A stretch of DNA of 64,000 bases, taken from positions 19,344,001 to 19,408,000 of the forward strand of contig CM119373.1 of assembly GCA_051294905.1 (NCBI GenBank), written 5' to 3'. Positions 13,372 through 27,035 of the stretch are shown here, piece by piece. How positions within the stretch are numbered: the stretch's first letter is position 1; each line of letters starts with the position of its first letter. The position numbers were made by a program, and so were the translations under genes. The notes below the pieces were generated by a model. It was given only the letters and a program-made list of their open reading frames with translations. It was not told where the DNA came from and did no database searches. This stretch comes from Botryllus schlosseri. Taxonomy: Eukaryota.

Positions 13372-14408
13372 CTGAGGCCTGGCATGGGTTATAGCTCCCG
13401 TGGACAAGGTTTTGATTTGATTTTCCAGTTATGCCTTCCCCAGTCATGCGAATCACTCCTTGATGCTAGCAGGATTGTCTGACTTGGCATGATAAATGGG
13501 GCTCGAGCTGCAAATAGAATGGTATGGATTCACTTCCAATCTGGGCAAGTTCCGGCATGCCGAATTCTGATTGACAGCTACTAGCAGGATTTAACGCTCA
13601 ATGCCGATGACTTTTACACCTCAAAGCTCACCGTGGTTACTGGCGGTAGCATTTTTTGGTAATGCTTCATTTTTTAGATCGATGCATTTAGCTGCTTTGA
13701 TGTTTGGATATTTTGTACATCGCTTGATCAATTGATCATGCTATCTGAATGCTCATTTCTGCTGAGTAAGGATTTGAAGTTTTTGCCTGTAGCCTACTTT
13801 GCAGTTTGGCTGGTATTTCTTTCAATCATAATTGAAGACAACATTATTAAACACTTGGCCTACTGTGCTTATTGCCCCGTAGTCGATAGCAATGTCGCAG
13901 ATATTAATTTCTGAACTTGCAGTGCTGTGGTTACCAATGCTACTCAGTGATTTTTTTGCTGATAAGTTTCGACAATTTGGTGTATTTTTAGAGGCAATAT
14001 TCAGCACTGTTTTTTTAACCATCATCAACACTGTCATGAATAAGTCAGGAGTTATGTGCATGTTGAAATGTTGAGTTCTATTGCAGGTTACTTTCAACAC
14101 ACTGTTTGTTATCCCTCGTGTCAATGTACTTTATCCAGCCTATCTTATTACTACATTTCATATCATTGCCCTTAAAGTTGTCTTGATACCATGATACCAT
14201 ACTTGTTACCATACTTTGTAACTGGCTGCCTATTGCTGCTAAGGCTCGTGATGATATTAGAAGGTACAAAGTACTGCCAGTAAGCATGAAGAATTGCTAT
14301 GTCCTTATTAACCCAGTTTCTTTACAAATGCAATGTCAATTTTTATAACTGTGTGAATACATTTCTTTCCAGTGTGACTAGAACTCAAACTATCCCGTGT
14401 AATTTTAA

Positions 14409-15205
14409 ATGATGGTGCGCGCTGCCTGTGTCAATGTCGAGGAACATGCTACAAAAATGCTGTCGGAGTTACGCATGATGAGACAACATCACGACCAATG
14501 TGATTTCGTGATCAAAGTCGAGAATGACGAGTACCACACTCACAAAAATGTAATGGCTGCGGGCTCAGAATATTTTCGAGCCATGTTAGCTCACGACACT
14601 AAAGAAAGCCAAGATGGTCAAATCACTTTTAAAGATGTGGATTCCGGCTGTGTGAAAAACTGTATCGATTTCATTTACTCCGGAGAATTTGAAATACCGG
14701 ACGGGAAGATTAAAGACCTGCTTCACATCGGAATCATGCTGCAGTTGGAGGGAGTAAAACAAGTCATATCTGGAATATTGGCCGAATCGATTAACGCAGA
14801 AAATTATCATTCGACGACAAGTATCGCTGATATGTATGAGCTGCATGACGTGTCATCGAAATGCCAACGTTTTTTCATAGAGAATCTTACGGAAATCGCG
14901 AACCAGCCAGAATTCGGAAATATGGCGATATCCGAACTCGTTGATATTTTAAAAACGGATGACTTGGAATATTCGGAAGAAGAGAAACTGACCATACTGT
15001 TGAAGTGGGCCGAGAATAATCCGAAAGAAAACGATGCCTTGCTCAACGCGATCAAACGACTCGATCTGGTGAAAATACCGTCTCCGTTTTTGAGAAATCT
15101 TCTCAAAACCAACCCGGTCATCAGCAACGACTTCATGATATACAAGCTGATAAGTGATCATCTGCTTGAGGAAAAAGCCGTTATGGTCACGCCTATTCAT
15201 GACAG
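14409..15205 (+). CDS. BTB-BACK coding exon 1, clade B
   Basis: CDFVIKVENDEYHTHKNVMAAGSEYFRAML and CIDFIYSGEF motifs, BACK region. Donor AG|GTATGT at 15205/15206, phase 2. Confidence 0.9.
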
Positions 15206-16114
15206 GTATGTGTATGTGTGACTACTATGGCCGTCCGCAACGATTTGAGTACTCAAGTATGGGCTGGGTAAAGATTCTAGTGGTGACAGTGGTTTCTCGA
15301 ATAACGAAAATATATGCCGTCATTCCAAGAATAATCAATGAAAAATATAGTTTCAATGATACAAATACTCACGGGAATAGCATCTCTTGTCATAAAGCTT
15401 CACAAAACGGAAATGAAAAATTATTTTGGATTACATGTAACCTTGCTCCTTATAGTGCATAAATGTATATTTGAACTTCTTGAAACAATACTACATCATA
15501 ATATGCTCGAATGCGCGACTAGACTTGAAGCTTAATACTCGATTCGTAATCAAACCACCCAGTTACTTGATTTTGCCCAGCCCAGCCCTCAAAAAGTATA
15601 TCCTATTCCGAGTGTAGAGTATTGAAGTGGGGATAGACTTGGAAATGCTCAAATATGTACGTTTCAACTACCACAAAGTAAATGATGCCAGTTATACTTG
15701 ATCCTGACTTATTTTTAAATTACTGACATCAGTTGGTCACTGCAGTTCGGTCACAACTACGCATATCGGTTTTATCTATGTGGGTAGTAGAATTGTGCTT
15801 TGAATATTATAGGGCTGCATATTGAGGTTCAAAGGCTCCCTCGGTCGTAAGAAATTTTCCTATCAACATATTCGTTCAGAATAAAATTCAGGCCATACCA
15901 TATCAGTACTCAAAAACATTAAGTCTCAATACTAGACTCAAATCATCAAAAGTGATAATTGAATTTTAGTATTTGAGTACTGAAATCATTATTCCCGAGC
16001 CTCCTCATTGATATTAAATAATGTAATCGGTCTGGCACCCTACCAACATGATTTTGATCAGCCTTAGCAGTCTAAGCGCACATAAATTAAAATCTTGTCC
16101 TTTATGATTAACAG

Positions 16115-16931
16115 GCAAAACATGGCATCAAAATCGGAAGTGGTAGAGAAATCATTCGATGCAAACGGAACGCTATCACATGCCATAGTCAAATACGAGC
16201 AGCAAGCAATCGCCACCGGATTTGCACCAAACCAGGGTCGAAGCACGTCCAGTCGGTGTTACGAAAGGCCGCGAGATCTTGAGAGCCGCGACAGTGGATC
16301 GAATATCGCCTTCTCAAAAGCGCTAGTGACCCTGCTCAGACATAAGAAGCCACGCAGTATCCCGGTAGATGCAGCGGGTTACGCGTTTGTGAAGCAAATC
16401 TTGAGAAGTCCTCAATTTCGAAAGTTCAACTTGACAGAGCGTGGAGTTTACGATATCGCAATGGATGACGGTAAAAACCGCTTTGAAATTGAAGGCGCGG
16501 TTGGCGTTAACTTCAGAATACGTGCAACGCAAGGTCATTCGTTCAAAATCGAACCGGAAGCTTTTGGACTGCGTTTAATCGAGGACCCTCACGAATATCC
16601 TGTGGTTGTCCATGGGACATACCTACAACACCTACGCGCCATAAAAAGAGACGGATTGAAATGCATGAAAAGAGCTTACATTCATTTCGCCATTGGCCTT
16701 ATCGGCGAAACGTGCGTGACCAGTGGCATGCGGGACACCTGTGACATAGTCATCGTTATCGACATGCCAAAAGCCATGAGAGACGGCTTGAAGTTTTATT
16801 TGTCCCAGAACGAAGCCGTACTCAGTGATGGCGTGTGTGGTGTCGTTTCTCCAAAGTACTTCAAAGCTATCAAGAAGTATGACTCTAAAACGAATCGGTT
16901 CGAGGAAATTGACTTTGTGTTTCAAGCATAG
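16115..16931 (+). CDS. TRPT1-like: Coding exon 2: full-length tRNA 2'-phosphotransferase (Tpt1/TRPT1/KptA) domain; predicted 537-aa BTB-BACK-Tpt1 fusion
   Basis: Motifs SKALVTLLRH, KNRF, IRATQGHS, VVHGT, MKRAYIHFA, SGMR, SQNEAVLSDG, PKYF match the TRPT1 family in order. Acceptor GATTAACAG|G at 16114/16115, phase 2. An internal ATG at 16122 would also allow a stand-alone product. Confidence 0.9.
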
Positions 16932-18737
16932 CTTTGTCCGTCATACGTCACGAGTAGCACCCAACCAATATATTAAGCCAATATACCAAAAATATAATAT
17001 CTGGCTCAAGGCGCGTTTTCAAAACTTTGAGAGCATATATTTGAACAGCTCCAACTCCCTACTGTCATTTTGTGGTGTCACAGTAATTGCCGAAATTTTT
17101 TTGCCTAATTGCTAATACCGATATTGCTTTCAAAGTGTGATATTGACTCTATATTATCAGTGAGCCAATAAACGTTCGGACTCCTGTCAATATTATTTGC
17201 CTGCAATGATCTTCAAATTTGCAGCTTTTTCACTTTCAAATTCTGCCAAGCGCTTCTCATATTGTAACATATTATAACTGGAGTGTCGGCAGATAAGCCG
17301 CTGTTGCTGATCTCCAGTCGAGAAGGGCCAAAATATTGCGAAGATCACTGAAATATGCATATGCTGACTTATCACATGATTATTTTCCACGCCAATTTAT
17401 TTAATCTATTCTTAGTGATTCCTAGTGAATGGGTTGGCTTCTGCGTCTCATTACTGGCAAGATTTTTATTTTCGAAATTGCGGTTCTTCCTGCTTTACTC
17501 TAGATTAGAGAAACCGATATTTGTATAAAACACAATATTCTGATATTTACGGTATGTGGAACAGGCCTGTACAAAGAATTGCAATTTAACAGACCAGTGT
17601 GTCTTATGCCATGTTCTCTGAATCTCACCAAGATAATATATAGGCCTAATCAACTGTACTTGTGAGAGCGATTTAAACCGACACACTATCAACCATTATA
17701 ACACTCAATTGCAGCTTCATAACTATTATGGAAGATATATCAGTCTAAACCTGAAAAGAGTTGATTTAATATCTTCCTGTCCAAATCCCTAATTAGTTTC
17801 GTATCATATGTATTCAGTTAAAGTGCTTCTGAAACTTCTTGCAATACTTGCAATACTAGTTAATCCAACTCCATGCTCATGACTGGTACATTCCCGCATA
17901 TCTTCAATGAAAAGGCATATGTTGTCAGTGAATAGCACTTTCATTCTTCAACTATTTTAGTGTTTGTATATATTGTATGTTTCTATGTACCTTATAGTTT
18001 TATAATCAGTAGTCTGCATTCCATTTGATACTAATTGATTCCAAAATATACTGAATTTCTTTATTGTGTAACCAAGCACTAAAATTTACAGAGATTGTTG
18101 ATGCATGGTATGAATTGAGATTGTCGATAATGAATTTCTTATATGTATGATTACTTAACTAAGTTTGCCTCTGCGGAGTGGCATTCGACTGATCAAGACT
18201 GACTGTTTCAATTTTAGAAGGTAGATCAAATGCTTTTGGATGTTATAACATTGTTCTTGTACATTTGGTTAAGTTATATCATCGAAATCAACTGTTTAAA
18301 AATAAATAACTACCTATTTCGAATTTTAGAACTGTTTTCTAGGCAGGATAACGATGCCTTTTTGGTTGTGAATTAGTCGTATAGCAAGAATATTGCAGTA
18401 TGCTTACTCCACCTTAAAATACTTCACTCACGCCATACCTTATCTGGGTACAAGGAATAAAATATGCATGTTTATAGTTTTTAACCATATTTTGTCAGCA
18501 TATTCCGATTTTATCAGGCTGAGCAGATTTTATATTTTCAAATCCGGTTGTAAATGACAGTTAGTCAAAAGTACTGTAATGTGAAAATTGGAAATGTTGA
18601 ATATTTTTACATCCAAATTCAGTTTCAAAAGAGTTTTTGATCCAACCCATATCGAATTTGTGAACAGCCATATTGTATATACTTTTCTTTTCAGAATCAC
18701 TAGTCTAGAAAACAAACCATTGCTTGTAATTTAAGCG

Positions 18738-19487
18738 ATGGTGCATTGTGCCGGTGTCAATGTCGGAGAACATGCCGCTAAAATCCTGTCGGAACTACAC
18801 AGGATGAGGCAACACCATGACCATTGTGATTTCGTGATCAAAGTCGAAAATGACGAGTATGGCACTCATAAAAATGTTCTGGCAGCTGGCTCCGAGTATT
18901 TTCGAGTCTTGTTGGCTCACGACACGAATGAGCGCCGAGATGAGCAAATCACTTTTGAAGATGCGGATGCTGAGTGTGTGAAAAAGTGCATCGATTTTAT
19001 TTACTCTGGTGAATTTTAAGTCCCTGATGGGAAGATTAGAGATCTGCTTGACATTGGAATTATGCTGCAGTTGGACGGAGTAAAGCAAATCATATCTTGA
19101 AGTTTGGTCACATCGATTAACGTAGAAAACTATCATTCGACCACAAATATCGCAGACATGTAGGCTTACGAGCTAGTGGATGTGTCATTGAAACGCCAAT
19201 GTTTTTTCAAAGACAATCTCATGGAAATCGCAAACCAACCCGAAATCACAAACCCTGACGTATGGCGTTATCTAAACTCATGGATATTTTGAATATGGAC
19301 AGAGAAAAATCCGATAGGAAACAACGTTTTGCTGGACTCTATCAAACAAATCAGCCTGGAACGTGTGTCGTCTACGTTTTTGAGAAACCTTCTCGAAACC
19401 CATCCGGTTATCATGAACGACTCCACGGTATACAAGCTATCATCTCTTTGAGGAAAAAGTTGTCCAATTCGCGGCTAATCATGACAG
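18738..19487 (+). pseudogene. BTB-BACK exon 1 pseudogene, clade B
   Basis: In-frame stops TAA 19017-19019 and TGA 19098-19100, further indels. Retains donor AG|GTATGT. Confidence 0.85.
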
Positions 19488-20151
19488 GTATGTGTGACAA
19501 TCGGGGATGATTACTACTGGGGCTGTGCCTAACGATTCGAGTGTCGTGATTTCTTCGAGTCACAATAATATACGCCTTCACGCCAGTAAGATTTATCAAC
19601 GAAAAATGTAGTTTTAATGCATCTTTACCGCAGTCGAGCCTCGAAACATCAGTTAGCTGTATCTCAGCATCAAAAATCATTTCATATTCATAGAATATAT
19701 CTGGTCACGATGCCTTAGAACTTGTAATAGACTTAAGAGGTGTTACAATATGTACCGTTCAAACTACGGCAAAGTAAATAATGCCAGTTCTCCTTCATAA
19801 TGAATTGTCCTGAATTTATGGACCTTAATAGGTCACTGCAGCGTCTATGAACGTGGGTAACCTCGTGCTCCATGATTTGAATGATATGCTGTCTTGTACT
19901 GAGGTTTAAACGTTACCACAGTCGGAAGAAATATGATATAATGTAATATATTATAGAGTGTCGTGTGTAATATCGGTACTTGAAACATCGGCTCACGTAA
20001 ATGAGTCGAAGCATAAAAAAAAACTCGATTCCGATTCGAGTACTACCAGCCGAATTGGTCGTGCAGTCGATTTTGCCCAGCCTGATTTTGATCAGCCTTT
20101 ACAGTTTCCACGGATGTAGATTCAATTCCTGTCATCTTTTATTATCAACAG

Positions 20152-20972
20152 GCGAAATAAGGCATCAAAATCTGAAGCCGAAAAGAAATCACATGTTGCA
20201 ACCAGTATGCTATCACATGCCGTAGTCCAAAGCAAGCAACAAGCAGCCACCGCCTGTTTTTCAGCTAACCAGGGACGAAGCACGTCCGGTCAAAGTTACA
20301 GAAGGCCGCAAGATCTCAACTGCCGCTATAAAGGATCAACTATAATATACCGGTAGCACAGCGGGTTACGTGTTCGTGGAGCAAATCTTCAGAAGCCCCT
20401 GATTTCTAAGTACAACTTGACACGATCCTAAAAACCGCTTTGAGATTAAATGCGCAATCTTTGAAAATTTTCAACTTCGTGTGACCGAGTCTCATTCATT
20501 CATAATCGAGCCAGAAGCTTTAGGACTGCGTTTGATCGAGAACCATCATGAATTTCCATTAGGTGTTCACCTGCCCTACCATAAACGCCTGCCGGCCATA
20601 AAGCGAGATGCGTTGAAATGCATGAACAAAGCAATTTACATTTATTTCAAAATTGGCTTCATGGGAGAAACCCTCAATACCGGCGGCATAAGCAATAACC
20701 ATGGCGTAGTCATCGTACCGGATATGCCGAAAGCTATGAGAGATGGTTTGAAATTCTATGTGTTGCCAAACGAAGCAGTACTCAGCGATGGCGTATGTGG
20801 TGTCATTTCACGCAAATTCTTCAATGCTATCAAGAAATACCATTATAAAACTAATCGGTTTGAGGAAATTGACTTTGCCGTTTCTGCATTTTGTAACCAA
20901 GCACTGAAATTTTTACTGATATTGATATTGATGATGCATAGTGGAGTACTTCCCATATGTATGATTACTTGA
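20152..20972 (+). pseudogene. Tpt1 exon 2 pseudogene with internal deletions
   Basis: Acceptor at 20151/20152. Relative to the 30462 copy it has deletions near 20345 (removing the R-H helix) and near 20428. The C-lobe remnant is ORF 20481-20972. Confidence 0.85.
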
Positions 20973-21590
20973 TAACGGGGCGTCTACCGAGTGTCCAGTC
21001 CATCCTGCTAAAGCGCTTTTCAATTTCCTAATATTTCTCTCCTGCATTTGGAGTAGGTAAATCATCATAATATACTCTTTTCGAATTTTGAAACTGTCTT
21101 CTGGGCAGGATAATAATTCCTTTTGGTTGCTGATTAGTCTAATACTAAAATTGTAGTACTCCACCTTCAAATATTTCGCTCATTGCATGCTCTCTCTGGG
21201 TGTAAAGCATTAAATATGCATGTATATAGTTTGTAATCATATTTAGTCAGCAAAGTCCGATTTTCTCAGGCTGAGCGAATTTGACATTTCTATCTAAGCC
21301 CGAAGTACATCTAAAATAAATTTCGAATCATTCCCGAATCCAAGACCAACTGCGGTTGTGACTGACATTTACGCAAAAGTAATGTGAAAATTATAAATGC
21401 CGAAAATTTCTGAATCCAAATCCAGTTAAACGAATGAATTTTTAACCCAAATTATGCTAATCTCCAATCAACTTACTAAATGTTGTGTAAAGCCTCTTGG
21501 TGGTATTGATTTTCAGTAAAAAATTCAACAGTACCGTAAACCGGGGAACAATTTTTGACAAATTCGCTTTATATCTTGTAAAGGCTAGAG

Positions 21591-23163
21591 CAGAGGTCTC
21601 AAACACGCGGCTCGCGGGCCGCATGCGGCCCGTCAGAACATTTGGTGCGGCCTGCGAAGGCATTTAGTAATTTCAAGTATTCGACAATATATTCAAGTGT
21701 CATATATCCTTTTTAGATTTAAGAACTTGAAGTTAACTCTAAAACTATACTACAAAAACCTGAAATATAAACAAACTTCACAATCACATCACTTCTAAAA
21801 TCTACCATGCGATGGAAGATCGCTATTACGTCACATTTCAGGTTCATGATGATAAAACATGACCCGTTGATGATTCGTGACTGAAAATTGTGATTTTGTT
21901 TGGTGCGACCTTTCGTCAAATTACTCGATTTTGCATTGACTGGGTGATAAACTAAAAATGACTCGAGTTGAGTCCGGCCAAACGTTCAAATCAGAGAAGG
22001 ACTTGCGTCTCGGAATAGTGACTTGGTCGTCCTACGGACGCAACTATCTATGAAACTGTCGTGGGGAATAGTAATTTATCAAAAGCCCGTAGTGTGCGTT
22101 GCGTAGGGTATATAGATATCGAATCAGGTCTGTCTGGAAACCATTGGAATTCTGTGGCCCCCGTGACGTTTCATTGGTTACATCCTGGGTGTTGTTTGTC
22201 CTCTTTATCCATGTTATTATCGGTGGCGAGTAAGGTAGTGGTACGCTCCACAGCTGTAACACCAATGGATTCTTCGGCGATTGGTCATTTCTATTCCAGG
22301 GGTTCTTAACCAAGGGTCCGTAGCCCCTTCGTGGTACGAAGCACCCCATCAGGGGGAACGAGACGCATTGCGGAAATAGGCCTATATGCTGTGAAATATT
22401 TTCTAGGTCAATTTATTCAACTGGAAAATATTCTTCGCGCTACGCGCGATTTTATGTGGATTGGCTTTCTGATTTTTATATAGGTACCATCAGAAATGGT
22501 GTTGAAAATAGACAGGGGCACGGGAAATCTTATTGAAAGCACAAGGGGTACGATCGCTAAAACAGTTACGAAACAATGGTATTACATGGAACAATAATGA
22601 TTATATTTACGTTGTCATTGATCTGTTCAAATATTAATCGAAGAAAATCTAACGCTGGTTTAATTTGACTTTGGCAATAACAGCAACAATAGCAACAATA
22701 GCCCATACTTATCACGACTATATCAAAAACCCCGATTAGGCAACACCGCTTACATGCTCTGATATCAGATCAATCTTTAGTAAATTCTAAAATATACTAC
22801 ATAAAATTGTGGCACATCAAAGGTCCACTATAGCTGCAATATTATAACCCGACAGATTTGACGATGTCATCATGCGTCCTCGCGCATGATGTCTATAACT
22901 CATTATTTTAAAAAATTATGCCCGGCATAAAAACTATATTATTCATATATTTGAAAATGTGATTTTTTTCGTGCCAAGCGTGAATAATATAATAGTAAAT
23001 TACATTTTCACGATGTTTGTGGAATGCCTGTCTGCAAGGTGCCGTCAAATAATGCCTACTACGATATGATACATTGAATACCTCTATTATTGATGTTGCG
23101 GCCCGCGGCGTCATCAAAAATTAGGAAATTGGCCCGCGAGCACATTTGAGTTTGAGACCTCTG
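21591..23163. mobile_element. Non-autonomous hAT (Charlie-like) element, 1573 bp
   Basis: TIR CAGAGGTCTCAAAC ... GTTTGAGACCTCTG; exact 8-bp TSD GGCTAGAG. Empty paralogous site near 31989 (GGCTGGAG present once). Confidence 0.92.
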
Positions 23164-23857
23164 GGCTAGAGTATATAGGGGTGGCAAGTTTTGTGTTTTT
23201 CTGGGGTTATGGAGCAAAGATTAGAATTAAGTAATCCAAAATCTTCATGATCATACATAGGCCTAAGTACTGTATTTTTGTGAATTATCTGTGTCCAAAG
23301 TTACCCCGGCATATGGGGGACTTTGGATAATGTAACTTTTTGTATGTCTTTACACTTTGATGAGAGCAGTAGGTAAAAATGAAAAGAAATAGTATACGTC
23401 TGGCCTATTGCAGGATTTTTACCTAATCCCCCCCCCAAAAAAAATATTTTTTTTTTAAATTAGGTTATTTAGGAAGGCTAATGCCACCTTATCCATCCCC
23501 TATCTCAATTCCCATCATGTCTTCCCCAATTGAGACTTGAAAATAACATATGGTGACAAGATTATCCCACTGGCGGCGTCAGCAAACATTAAGCTTGTTA
23601 CCATGATTTATTGCTGTCGTTGCTGATATCAAATATTTTACCGTTCTTTAAAATATGCACTTTTCCTTTCCTATGTCGTTTGATGAATATATTTTGTGGT
23701 AATTTATGCCACATTCAGTAGGCGCATCTTCAAGAGCATTTGATAAGTTTTTAAAGTAGTTTCCGCCCGCTTACAATCTCTCGGCTGATTGCCTAATGAA
23801 TAATCATTGCAGACTCAGCTGGAATTATCATTAATATATTACGTATAATTTCTAAAG

Positions 23858-24687
23858 ATGGCACAGGCTGTGCGTGTCAATGTATCCGAACATGCGGCGA
23901 AAATACTGTCGGAATTGCACCGAATGCGGCAAGGCTGTAATCATTGTGATTTCATGATTAAAGTTGGAAATGATGTCTATCGTGCCCACAAAAATGTTTT
24001 GTGTGCGGGCTCGGAGTATTTCCGAGCCATGCTTGAGCATGACACCAAAGAGAGTCGGGACGGAGTGATCACCTTTAAAGATGTGGATTCCGAATGTGTG
24101 AAGAACTGTATTGACTTCATTTACTCTGGTGAATTTGAAATCCCGAATGGAAAGATGAAGGAACTTCTACATATAGGAATCATGTTGCAATTGGATGGAG
24201 TAAAAACAGCCACAGCGGAAATTCTATCGGAATCGATAAATGTGGAAAATTACTATTGGACGGCAAATATCGCAGATATGTACGAACTGGCAGATGTCTC
24301 GACGACATGCCAGCAATTTTTCAAAGAAAACCTCATGGAAATCGCTAATCAGCCCGAATTTGAAAATATGCCGCTGTCCAGACTTGACGATTTTCTGTTA
24401 TCTGATGATTCCAAATATTCAGGAGAAGAAAAACTGACCATATATCTCCGGTGGGGTGAGAAAAACCCCAAAAGGAACAGCAATTTACTCGAATCACTTC
24501 GACATTTCAAGTTGGAAACAGTCTCGTCCACGTTTTTGATAAATCTTCTCAAAACCAACCCAGTTGTGAGCAATGACTTGATGATATACAAGTTCCTCAA
24601 TATTCACCTGATCGAGAATTTGGAAAAAAAGATCAAAACTAACGAAGGAGCAACCAGTCAGGAACCCACACCAATTTCTATGAATAG
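23858..24687 (+). CDS. BTB-BACK coding exon 1, clade C
   Basis: Open frame with BTB and BACK motifs, 830 nt from ATG to the donor AG|GTAAGT (phase 2). Confidence 0.9.
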
Positions 24688-25034
24688 GTAAGTTGGATTA
24701 AAATTTCAATCCTCTTCTGAGAATCGGCACAACCGAGTTTCATCCCTAATTGGTTATTGAGGACGATCAACTTAATATTTGATCTTGTCAGTGTTTCTGA
24801 CGCATGATTGTTATCAACTAATCAATGTTTGGTCTGTTTTGCGTATACTGTACATATATATTGTCGTCATATTTCCTAGTTCACTATATAATTAAATAAT
24901 AATATTATGTTTTAGCTAATAATATGAATTTGATATGTTGCGGCCCACGAATGGACTCAGATGTAGAATACAGCCCTTGAGCCGAAAAGTTTTATCATTC
25001 CTGGTCTAATCCATTCTCTTTGTTTGTTAAATAG

Positions 25035-25452
25035 CGGGAATACAGGAGATGATATGAAAGTTGAAGATAAGCCTTCCAGGCCAGGATCCCCATATGTGAG
25101 AAACACACAACAGCCACGTAAACCTCGGCACCAACTTATGAATCAGTCCCCACCTTTAGTTTTCGACTCACTTTTACTTTTCGACCCACCTGCCCGCTTA
25201 TTTAACGACCCAAGTTTGCCAACAGCACGTTTTCCGAGTGCATCTCCTAGAGGTACGCGAAGTTCATATCACCTCCCAATTCCGTCACCAAATATTCCGA
25301 GTGGTAGAGGCAGAGGCAGAGGTAGAGGTAGAGGTACGCCAAGTGGATCATTTCCCCAGGATCTATATTGTTCACCCGGTGGATCTGGTGAAGATACCGG
25401 GGTTGTGGAGGTGAATTACTGTATCAGCGACTCCTCTGATTCTGACTACTGA
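25035..25452 (+). CDS. Coding exon 2: Pro/Ser-rich tail with (RG)5; predicted 415-aa product with 23858-24687
   Basis: Acceptor TTTGTTTGTTAAATAG|C at 25034/25035, phase 2, in frame with ORF 25024-25452. A paralogous exon at 37299 is also open. Confidence 0.68.
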
Positions 25453-27035
25453 AACTTTGAACACACCCGACTCCAACAATTGTGTAAATATACTCAGAAA
25501 ATAGTATGTTTGTAACATTTTGTAGTTATTAATATTATCAAGTGCATCAACCTATGTTTTTGAAATGTACATTCCTAATCATAGTGATGGTAGTGGTAAT
25601 TATTGCTGATAATAGTAGTGGTAGTATCCACTGCAGTATTCTATTAAAACATATTCATTCTTCGCTTCCTTAAATTTTGTGATATTTCTACAGTACTCAT
25701 GTTACTATTAGGATAGGGTTGCCATAAGTCTGAATTTTCCTGGACATGTCCGGAATTTAGTGTTTAAACTGCATCCGGGAGGAAGTGCTAAAATATGCCA
25801 AAATGTCCGGAATTGTATTTTGGTCCGAGTTTTAAAAGGTTGCCAACTGCCATTTCCCCATATCTTTTTCTAGGTGGCAAACATTCTCAGCTCGCCAAAG
25901 CTGTATGCTTCAAGCTTCTATGCAACTCGTATATGTCATGACTGAAATTGTATCTGCGGAAGGAGTCTATTTTTGTTGATGTTGCTTGAAATGTAAAGTG
26001 ACAATATGCACCGTAGGAGAAAGGGAGAAAGGGAGGGAGTTCGCCAGATGTTGCGTTGATCACCTTGTGGGGGCGAGACCATCGTTTTTTGGGGATGACT
26101 CTGCTGTTTCGGTCCTGGTATCAACACAAAATTGTGCCGACCTAACAGTATTAAAAACATGGGGTCACCAGGGGTCACCAACTCAAAACGGGTCGCGGGC
26201 TACTTTTCAAATTGTGGCCGTGATCCACAAGAATGCAATATAGAGACAAAATAGGCGACACCGTTTAGCAACCACGTTCTTAAAACTTCACGTCAGTACG
26301 GTGCTGTGCTATCTAACGTTGCCGACGGGCATAGTTAGCACAAAAGAAGTAATATTTTAAATACAAATACAGCCAAAATATCCCGAACAATATATTGAAA
26401 CTCGAATTTCAAATTTGTTTGCCATAATTGCTAATACCGAAGTGTGATATTGACCCGATAATATCGGTGAACCAATAAACGTTGATGCTCTAGTCAAGAT
26501 TATCTGTCTTTAATGATCTTCAACTTTGCCGCTTTTTTCACTCTAAAATTCTGCCGAGCATTTTTCATATTGTAACATATGATAACTAGAGTGTTGGCAG
26601 ATAAGCCGCTGTCGCTGATCTCCAGGTGAGAAGTCCCAAAATAAAACTAAGATCACTATGATGTGTATATACTGACTTATCACATGAATGTTTTCTGCAC
26701 ATATATTTGATAATCTGAAAATATGTTCCTCACCAATTCAATTAATCAATTCCTAATGAATTGGTTACAAGTGTGCTTATACAAGAGTGATGCAATATTC
26801 TCTGAATATCACCAAATTGATATATAATCAACTGTACTTGTGAGAGTGATTTGAGCTGACACACACACTATCAATCATAACACTCAATTGTAGATACATT
26901 GCGAACATGTTATAATACATTTTTTTCTTTGCGAATGTGTTATATTTTATTTTAAGTTTCATATTACAGCCATCCTTTCTGGCTGTAGCAGACTTGATGA
27001 TCGCTACAGCCTGGTTCTGAATTGAATTATATGTA

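Noticed and set aside
12200-13620. Possible LINE reverse-transcriptase remnants on the minus strand (about 12200-12400 and 13380-13620)
   Set aside because: Only vague peptide resemblance and no diagnostic motif; cannot be supported without a profile search.
960-14124. Recurrent minus-strand peptide VTCNxxQHFNMH (about 1041-1125, 6300-6380, 10120-10200 and ORF 13822-14124)
   Set aside because: The copies are co-duplicated spacer DNA, so peptide similarity is not independent evidence. The frames are full of stops and I recognise no family.
16095-16931. Bacterial kptA, horizontal transfer or contamination
   Set aside because: The C-lobe has the animal TRPT1-type SGMR..C.I segment and PKYF end, the exon has a canonical acceptor, and it is embedded in eukaryotic repeats with local paralogs.
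20880-20972. Hydrophobic C-terminal extension (ALKFLLILILMM...) on decayed Tpt1 copies as a membrane anchor
   Set aside because: It occurs only in frameshifted pseudogenes and appears to be read-through into spacer sequence.
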